Below, in pieces: positions 57,106 to 64,000 of a stretch of 64,000 nt of DNA. The notes below the pieces were generated by a model. That model did not search any database. It had not been told where the DNA came from and saw only the letters and a list, made by a program, of their open reading frames with translations. The position numbers and the translations under genes were made by a program. Positions within the stretch are counted from its first letter, which is position 1. Each line of letters opens with the position of its first letter. Origin of the DNA: Escherichia coli (GTDB taxonomy: Bacteria > Pseudomonadota > Gammaproteobacteria > Enterobacterales > Enterobacteriaceae); assembly GCF_013315695.1 (NCBI RefSeq), contig NZ_CP054353.1; one strand, given 5' to 3'.

Positions 57106-57759
57106 TTACACTTCGGTTAAGGTGATGTTTTGCGGCAGACGAGATTTCGGCAGCGTAGCGTTAAAATCTTCAACGCTGTGATGTCCCACCGGAACAACCA
57201 CCAGACTGGTGTAGCCTTTCTCTTTCAGACCAAATTCTGCATCGAGGATTGCGGCGTCAAAACCTTCGATGGGTACCGCGTCCAGACCCAGCGCTGCAAC
57301 GCCGAGCAGGAAGTTACCGACGTTGAGATAAACCTGTTTTGCCATCCACTCTGCATCATCATGCAAATCTTTACGGTGCATATCGGCGAAGAACTTGCGA
57401 CCTTTATCGTTCGCGGCTTTCGCTTCCGGCGTGGCAAAGCGGCCATCGGCATCTTCCTGGTCAACAACCAGCTTCAGCCAGGCATCGTCCATCGCGGTTT
57501 TTGCACAGAACACCACAACGTGCGAGGCATCGAGCATTTTACGCTCGTTGAACACGTAATTACCGGCAGCGGATTTGGCAACACGCGCTTTACCTTCTTC
57601 CGTGCTGGCAACAATAAAATGCCACGGCTGGGAGTTGGTGCTGGATGGGCTGTATTGCAGTAGCGTTTTGATCTGCTCGGCCTGTTCCGGGGTAAGTTTT
57701 TTGCTGGCATCAAATGCCTTAGTGGAATGACGCTTTAAGGCGACAGAAATGATATCCAT
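57106..57759 (-). CDS. nfsB: Oxygen-insensitive NAD(P)H nitroreductase NfsB
   Basis: Start [22 protein letters not shown].. inside ORF 57106-57810. Confidence 0.9.
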   Translation of the reverse strand: MDIISVALKRHSTKAFDASKKLTPEQAEQIKTLLQYSPSSTNSQPWHFIVASTEEGKARVAKSAAGNYVFNERKMLDASHVVVFCAKTAMDDAWLKLVVDQEDADGRFATPEAKAANDKGRKFFADMHRKDLHDDAEWMAKQVYLNVGNFLLGVAALGLDAVPIEGFDAAILDAEFGLKEKGYTSLVVVPVGHHSVEDFNATLPKSRLPQNITLTEV

Positions 57760-57852
57760 AAAGACTCCATGTGAAAGTAATTTTGCGTGCCAGCAGATTA
57801 CAAGGTTCAACGAGAAATGGTAAGCGAGAAAAATGCGCTATAGATTTCCGCT

Positions 57853-58221
57853 TTAGCCTGGACGCACTCTTTTTTGATCGCGTTTAGCCAGACCATCAAC
57901 CACCAGATTCCACGAATCGTTGATCAGATCGCTAAGTAACGCTTCGGAGATTTCCTCGCCGGGATACACTGAAATCCAGTGCTTTTTATTCATGTGATAT
58001 CCTGGCTTGATGCTTGGGTATATTTGCTGATTTAGCAGGGATTTTTGTGGATCGGACTTCAGATTGATAAAGGGGACGCCGCGCAGCTCCGACGACAGCA
58101 TAAAAATCTTGCCGCCAATTTTAAAAACATCGAACTCCGGGCCAAAAGGCCAGCAAAGCTCGACAAAGGGTAACTCAAGAGCCAGGCGTTTCGCCGTTTC
58201 GTGCAGTGATTGCTTATCCAT
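57853..58221 (-). CDS. ybdF: YbdF (DUF419 family)
   Basis: Start [21 protein letters not shown].. inside ORF 57853-58341. Confidence 0.8.
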   Translation of the reverse strand: MDKQSLHETAKRLALELPFVELCWPFGPEFDVFKIGGKIFMLSSELRGVPFINLKSDPQKSLLNQQIYPSIKPGYHMNKKHWISVYPGEEISEALLSDLINDSWNLVVDGLAKRDQKRVRPG

Positions 58222-58285
58222 AAACGTTCCTTTAGGCGAAGGAGAATAAGCAAAGTATGCTGCGAAGTTCGGCGATAATCGACGT

Positions 58286-58534
58286 TTAATCCGCCAGCGA
58301 GAACCAGCGTCGCCAGATAAAGCGTAGAACAAAATACTCAATAGCGCCCAGCACTAAAAACCACAGACAAAACAATAAAGTGTAAAGCTGGCTAAGATCC
58401 ATCAGATGGAACGTGGTCACCAGTTTTTGTGCCAGCGTCAGCCCCAATGCGGGGGCGGGAAGCAGCAGGCAAGAGAGGAAAGCCATCAGCAAAATGCCTG
58501 CTGCGGTGGTCAAGGTTTCTAAAGGGTGTTTCAT
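58286..58534 (-). CDS. ybdJ: Small inner-membrane protein YbdJ
   Basis: 82 aa, two TM segments. Confidence 0.8.
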   Translation of the reverse strand: MKHPLETLTTAAGILLMAFLSCLLLPAPALGLTLAQKLVTTFHLMDLSQLYTLLFCLWFLVLGAIEYFVLRFIWRRWFSLAD

Positions 58535-58599
58535 AACATTGTTAAATGTAAGTTAAAACACCATTGTCAGGGATATTCTTCTGTAAGGCAATTCCCGGC

Positions 58600-59727
<1,128 letters not shown>

Positions 59728-60004
59728 TTATGTTGGCGTTTTCTATTCAGTATAGAAGTGGGAGCGACTGGGCGAGATGCGGAAGTTCTGGAATATTTCT
59801 TTTTTTTGGATGGTGACTGAAGCAAATTGGCTACATTTTGCAATGTGACCAGTTGCGTCATAGCTGGCTGGTGGCGAAGAATTTTGACGATTGCGGCATG
59901 CAGAAAAAAACGGGTTCAGCTTCAGTTGATCAAATGGGGAGTGAGAAGTCCGAAACAGGATTTACTGTATAAATAAGGGTCTTCCCCGATCATGGTGGGA
60001 AGAC

Positions 60005-61225
60005 TCAGTACGCCATATTCAGTTTCCCATAGTGGAACATAACTCCCAGTTTAAAGCGTTCCCGGTTTCGGTATCCCCTGGCCTTTATCCTCAGCAGTCT
60101 GATCTTGCTGTTCAGCGCCTCCGCATTTCCATTCGAGACGCGATGACGCATTGCATTCAGTATTCCGTATAACCGTTTTTTAATGGTTTTCGCTGCGTTT
60201 TTCATCATCGGCACATCACATTCAGACGCCAGCGATATCCACTGCAACCAGTCATTCCTGCGTTCTGTGCTCCAGGGGCGATCCCAGATATTTTTTGCCA
60301 GCTCTTTCAGTGTCCAGCACTGGCTTGTCTGTTGCATCTGTTCCCGCAACCACATCAGCTTTTCCTGCCGGGACTCAGTCATCCATTTGTCGCTGTACTG
60401 CCACAGGAAGCGGGTACCTTTGGCCTGACGACGACTTTCAACAGGGAGGTGCGGATGTTCATTCTGGCGGGTTTTATCAACCACTTCGCCCAGTTGCTTC
60501 GCCACATGGAAGCGATCGAAGGCGATTTTCTCGACCGCATTGGGTAAATGGATACGCGCTGCTCTTATATAGCCCGCATTCATGTCCATCGACAGTGTTT
60601 TGATGGCCAACAACTGACTGTCAGTAAGCGAACGGAGATAGCTGGCAAGACTCTCTGTGCCACGATCATCGGTTAATGCCAGTGCCCGCCCGTCGCGATC
60701 AGATACCACGGTTATATACCTATGCCCTTTTTTAAAGGCGACTTCGTCTACATTCATATGACGCACTGATAAAGGCTTTTTAATCCGCGACAGGCCTCGC
60801 TTAACCGCGCGGGTCATGATGCCGTCAACGGCATTCCAGCTAAGTTTAAGTTGTTTTCTGACCGCATCAACGGTGCTGATTTTAAGCCATGAGAGCACGA
60901 ACGATTCGAACAGCAGAGTGTACCGACTGCCGGAACCTGCCCACGGTACAGGCAGAGTCTGGCAGCCATGCTCCGGGCACATAACGCGGGGAACATCGGC
61001 TTCTACTAATGTCATGAACTGGCAGGTATCAAGGTGGCGCCATTTACGATGTCGGTGATCGTGAACAGAACAGGATTTCCTGCAGGTCGGACAGGTTAAC
61101 TGAGTATTTTCAGCAATTCCGACTGTAACAGTAACGGAACCTGCATTTTCATCGAGGGTAAGGGATTTAACCTGCCATGGTGCAGTCAGGTTAAGGATAT
61201 GGGCATAGAGGGATTTTTCGTCCAT
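60005..61225 (-). CDS. ISL3-family transposase
   Basis: 406 aa; N-terminal zinc ribbon (CPTC..CPEHGC); DDE-type core. Confidence 0.85.
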   Translation of the reverse strand: MDEKSLYAHILNLTAPWQVKSLTLDENAGSVTVTVGIAENTQLTCPTCRKSCSVHDHRHRKWRHLDTCQFMTLVEADVPRVMCPEHGCQTLPVPWAGSGSRYTLLFESFVLSWLKISTVDAVRKQLKLSWNAVDGIMTRAVKRGLSRIKKPLSVRHMNVDEVAFKKGHRYITVVSDRDGRALALTDDRGTESLASYLRSLTDSQLLAIKTLSMDMNAGYIRAARIHLPNAVEKIAFDRFHVAKQLGEVVDKTRQNEHPHLPVESRRQAKGTRFLWQYSDKWMTESRQEKLMWLREQMQQTSQCWTLKELAKNIWDRPWSTERRNDWLQWISLASECDVPMMKNAAKTIKKRLYGILNAMRHRVSNGNAEALNSKIRLLRIKARGYRNRERFKLGVMFHYGKLNMAY

Positions 61226-61243
61226 ATAATTTCATTCTGAAGC

Positions 61244-61762
61244 TTACTTTAAACTGATATTATTATTTTTTGCCCACTTTCTTAATCTTCCATTAGCGTT
61301 GGCGTAAGGCGAAGATGTGTTAAATGAGATCATTCTCCCCATCGTCCATTTTGTGTACCATGGTCTTCCATACAAAATATCATCGGTACGATCATTAATA
61401 AGGTTCACAATCTCATTTTTTACAGTCTGAAGTTCAGCTACTAACAACTCATAACTTAACTCACTGTAATCTGAGTAAAATTTTTGAGCAAGAAGGCCAA
61501 GCTGATTCCATTTATAGCCAGTTTCCGGAAAATCGACAGGCAGACCTTTAGCATCAGAAGCGATCCACTTTACAACAAGAGCATTCCATCCAAGCAGATA
61601 CGAAACGAGATCACGAACACTCATCTCCGTTCCTTTGGCGTGTCCGTCCATTGATTTATCTGAAGTAATTTCTGGTGGGATTGTGTTGAGGTAACTAATT
61701 AATTTACTAAAATTTTTATCAATAGCTAAAAGCAGTTCAGCTTTTGTTTGCGGCACACTCAT
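61244..61762 (-). CDS. ClbS/DfsB-family protein (DUF1706)
   Basis: 172 aa; blocks ..DGHAKGTEMSVRDLVSYLLGW.., ..DFPETGYKWNQLGLLAQKFYSDY.., ..LYGRPWYTKWTMGRMISFNTSSPYANANGRLRK.. recalled as ClbS-family signatures. Confidence 0.7.
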   Translation of the reverse strand: MSVPQTKAELLLAIDKNFSKLISYLNTIPPEITSDKSMDGHAKGTEMSVRDLVSYLLGWNALVVKWIASDAKGLPVDFPETGYKWNQLGLLAQKFYSDYSELSYELLVAELQTVKNEIVNLINDRTDDILYGRPWYTKWTMGRMISFNTSSPYANANGRLRKWAKNNNISLK

Positions 61763-61906
61763 AAGAATTCCCTCTCATGTAAAAAGAGACACCATAAAGG
61801 TACTGTGTGGTGTTTGAAAATCACTCAATTATGTACCACCCACCACAACAGGGGAAGACCCATAAATAAACAGTTATTTTGTTGAGGAAGGGTAAGATAA
61901 CTGCGG

Positions 61907-62140
61907 GTGCCTGAAGCTTTCCGGTTTCAGGTTTACTTTGAGGTCTGGAAAGATGAAGCCCCAGGAGATATTTCTATCAACCCTGGGGCTGCCACTCCAA
62001 ACCCGAACAATTTGGATGGTAGTCCCTTCTTCGCATGGAGGCAATATAAACATGCTGACGAAATATGCCCTTGTGGCAGTCATAGTGCTGTGTTTAACGG
62101 TGCTGGGATTTACGCTTCTGGTCGGAGACTCGCTGTGTGA
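61907..62140 (+). CDS. mok-type regulatory reading frame overlapping hokE (the antisense Sok RNA would lie here on the minus strand)
   Basis: Overlapping frame starting at GTG 61907 upstream of hokE; typical hok/sok architecture. Confidence 0.35.
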   Translation: MPEAFRFQVYFEVWKDEAPGDISINPGAATPNPNNLDGSPFFAWRQYKHADEICPCGSHSAVFNGAGIYASGRRLAV

Positions 62141-62204
62141 GTTTACGGTGAAGGAACGTAATATTGAGTTTAAGGCTGTTCTCGCTTACGAACCGAAGAA
62201 GTAG
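62052..62204 (+). CDS. hokE: Hok-family small toxic membrane peptide HokE
   Basis: 50 aa [50 protein letters not shown]. Confidence 0.85.
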   Translation: MLTKYALVAVIVLCLTVLGFTLLVGDSLCEFTVKERNIEFKAVLAYEPKK

Positions 62205-62325
62205 CCGCTGTGCGGGGAGTAATCCCCGCATATCCGGTTGTCAGGTCAGGATGGTAAGGCACCTGCTTTACACTTTCGCCCGCGGTCAGCAATGGCTGCG
62301 GGCGAATCGTACCAGATGTTGTCAA

Positions 62326-62946
62326 TTAATCGTGTTGGCACAGCGTTATGACTATTTTTTCTTTTATCTGCCAGTGCACAGCAAACTGCTCATCCTCTAG
62401 TCGAATGATGATCTGCTGTTTATTCCAGCTAATTATCTGATAATCCAGAAAACCTTGAGCGGCCTGTATCTTGCTTGCCTTAAATGCGCTCTCTTTGGCG
62501 GAAAATGCCAGTGTCAGCGCCAGAGAAAAGGTTAAACCGCATTCTGCGAGTCGCTCGTGTTCTGCTGGTGTAATAATGTTGTCTGTCAATTCTCTAGCGG
62601 TTTGTACAGAGAAAATCTCTTCGATATCAATGCCAATCGGTTGACGAGATACCACGGCTAATGCCGTAGTCCCATAGTGACTAATGCTGCCGTATACCCC
62701 CGCAGGCCACACAGGTTGGCGTAGCTCGCCGATTGCGGGCACACATTTATAGCCATATTCCCGCAGCGCATAAACTGCAGCGATCCGTCCGGCTAAATGC
62801 TCTGTTTTACGTTTACGTCCAGCGTGTTGCAGTTGCGCGTAGTGCGGCAGCCAGAGTAAATCCTGCTCGCGAAAACTCGCAGGATCGAACTCAACAAAAT
62901 GCAGCGTATGTCCGGTAAAGGGGAGGGCGGTATGCGTAGTTTTCAT
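62326..62946 (-). CDS. entD: Enterobactin synthase phosphopantetheinyl transferase EntD
   Basis: 206 aa, MKTTHTALPFTGHTLHFVEFDPASF.. Confidence 0.85.
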   Translation of the reverse strand: MKTTHTALPFTGHTLHFVEFDPASFREQDLLWLPHYAQLQHAGRKRKTEHLAGRIAAVYALREYGYKCVPAIGELRQPVWPAGVYGSISHYGTTALAVVSRQPIGIDIEEIFSVQTARELTDNIITPAEHERLAECGLTFSLALTLAFSAKESAFKASKIQAAQGFLDYQIISWNKQQIIIRLEDEQFAVHWQIKEKIVITLCQHD

Positions 62947-62995
62947 GTCAACTATATTATTCCTCCCCCAAATATCGGGGGAGGAAGCGTTAGCA

Positions 62996-64000
62996 TCAGA
63001 AGTGAGTGTTTACGCTCATATACCACGTACGTCCCGGCTCGTTATAGGTATACGCCCCGGCACCGGCGATATAGTTGGCTCCTGCCAGATCGCCCGTGGT
63101 CTGGGCATTACCCGCACGCCACAAACGTTTGTCGAACAGGTTGTCCACGCCGCCGGTCAGACTGACATTCTTCGTCACATCCCAGGTCGCGCTCAGACCC
63201 ACAATGCTGTAAGGACTGATTTCTTTGGTTTCCGGGCCAACCGCTGGCTGACCTTTATAGTTGTACTTCTTCGGCTGCTGCTTGCCGTACCAGGTGAAGG
63301 TCGTTTGCATCGACAAATCTTCCCGTGCCTGCCAGCTCAGCGTTGAGTTCAACGTATACTCCGGGATGATCGACAAACGGTCGCCCGTGGTTTTGTTTTC
63401 ACTCTTCAGCATATAAGTGATGTTATTGGTCCACATCACCGTTTCGCTAACCGGTACGTTTAACGATCCTTCCAGACCTTCAACCACCGCTTTCGGTACG
63501 TTATCCCACTGATAGAGATCGGTGCCGACTGCGTTTTGCCCTACAGCCACATAGCCCGCTTCAATCTTATTGCGATAATCGTTGCGGAACCAGGTGACGC
63601 CCGCCAGCCAGCCGTCGCGTTTGAACTCCAGACCAATCTCTTTGTTGATGCTGGTTTCTGCTTTCAGGTCATCATTACCTTGCAGATAGCAGCCGCCCGC
63701 GCTGGCATAGCAGCCCTGACCTTTACTGTAGAGAATGTAGTTTGGGTTAGTCTGGTACAGACTCGGCGCTTTATAAGCACGGGCAATGCCCATTTTCAGC
63801 GTGAAGTCATCGCCTAAACCTTGCGATATGTTTAGAGCCGGACTCCAGTTATTGCCAACAATGCTGTGATGATCGAAACGCAGCCCCGGCGTTACGATGG
63901 TGCTGTCAGTCAGCTCCATATTGTTTTCGGCAAATAGCGAGAAAATTTCTGCTTTTGAATACGGGCTACGGTCGGTGGCACTCACACCATCAATAGCACC
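62996..64000 (-). CDS. fepA: Ferric enterobactin outer-membrane receptor FepA, C-terminal part (gene start beyond window end)
   Basis: TonB-dependent receptor barrel ending ..TWYMSVNTHF; frame open to the window end. Confidence 0.9.
   Translation of the reverse strand, partial: GAIDGVSATDRSPYSKAEIFSLFAENNMELTDSTIVTPGLRFDHHSIVGNNWSPALNISQGLGDDFTLKMGIARAYKAPSLYQTNPNYILYSKGQGCYASAGGCYLQGNDDLKAETSINKEIGLEFKRDGWLAGVTWFRNDYRNKIEAGYVAVGQNAVGTDLYQWDNVPKAVVEGLEGSLNVPVSETVMWTNNITYMLKSENKTTGDRLSIIPEYTLNSTLSWQAREDLSMQTTFTWYGKQQPKKYNYKGQPAVGPETKEISPYSIVGLSATWDVTKNVSLTGGVDNLFDKRLWRAGNAQTTGDLAGANYIAGAGAYTYNEPGRTWYMSVNTHF

Larger units (their letters stand above)
59965..61873 (-). mobile_element. ISL3-family insertion sequence (~1.9 kb) with an apparent passenger gene
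   Basis: Imperfect ~38-bp terminal inverted repeats (ctgtataaataagggtcttcccc... / ...ggggaagacccataaataaacag, 28 of 38 matches) flank two co-oriented genes. Confidence 0.6.

Overview
This window looks like an Escherichia coli chromosomal segment interrupted by a ~36.7-kb defective lambdoid prophage at tRNA-Arg (argU), plus a second small mobile element. All calls are from reading the sequence and ORF translations; no database search was run. Chromosomal genes run in the familiar order: sfmH (3' part), sfmF, fimZ, argU, then after the prophage envY, ybcH, nfrA, nfrB, cusS, cusR, cusCFBA, pheP, ybdG, nfsB, ybdF, ybdJ, ybdK, hokE, entD and fepA (3' part). The prophage is bounded by 47-bp att direct repeats (2070-2116 and 38754-38800). 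It carries an integrase and excisionase, a short early-gene remnant cut off by an IS1 with no target duplication, an nmpC-type porin, a phage-21-type lysis cassette, a cos site and a complete head and tail module (nu1 through J, lom, stf) that matches coliphage lambda as I recall it. No repressor, replication or Q gene is present. Its right arm is a low-GC accessory region: a side tail fibre with a foreign C-terminus, three atypical fibre-associated genes, tfa remnants, a methyltransferase, a secreted alpha/beta hydrolase and ompT. Between ybdK and hokE sits an ISL3-family element that appears to carry a ClbS/DfsB-family passenger gene. I found no single unambiguous novel system; the best candidates are the ISL3 passenger element, the three-gene cassette after stf, the hydrolase-ompT pair, and the two moron modules between Rz and cos.
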